This document shows positions 63,987 through 64,000 of a stretch of DNA of 64,000 nt, one piece after another (position 1 is the stretch's first letter; every line of letters starts with the position of its first letter). Where the stretch lies: positions 8,450 through 72,449 of IMG/VR virus record IMGVR_UViG_3300050156_000193. One strand, 5' to 3'. The DNA comes from a virus. Its lineage: Duplodnaviria > Caudoviricetes. The position numbers and the translations under genes are program-made. The notes under the pieces were generated by a model that did no database searches, was not told where the DNA came from, and worked only from the letters and a program-made list of their open reading frames with translations.

Positions 63987-64000
63987 TTTGGCAATTTTAT

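Overview
This 64 kb window comes from a large dsDNA tailed phage, probably a jumbo myovirus-type genome, and uses standard genetic code 11. It holds a minus-strand head module (major capsid protein, decoration protein, scaffolds, prohead protease, portal). That module is interleaved with a phage-encoded multi-subunit RNA polymerase cut into three non-canonical pieces: beta fused to the beta' N-terminus, the catalytic beta' middle, and a displaced beta' C-terminus. The window also has a sigma70-family factor, a baseplate spike-like gene and a plus-strand host-takeover/accessory region. That region includes small membrane proteins, a PspA-like + TAXI operon, an IsrB/omegaRNA IS200/605 element, captured GC-rich genes and four tRNAs. 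A replication module follows (dUTPase, DinG-like and SNF2 helicases, SSB-like protein, Cas4-like nuclease, primase-helicase, candidate origin). Two promoter classes can be read directly from the sequence: TTCAAY-N17/18-TGGTATAAG (10 copies, non-structural genes) and a leaderless TAnAAT-N6-ATG (7 copies: virion genes, a Dps-like gene, both free beta' pieces and sigma). Together they suggest a virion-packaged RNAP-sigma-helicase transcription system. All family assignments are from motif recognition only; no database searches were run.
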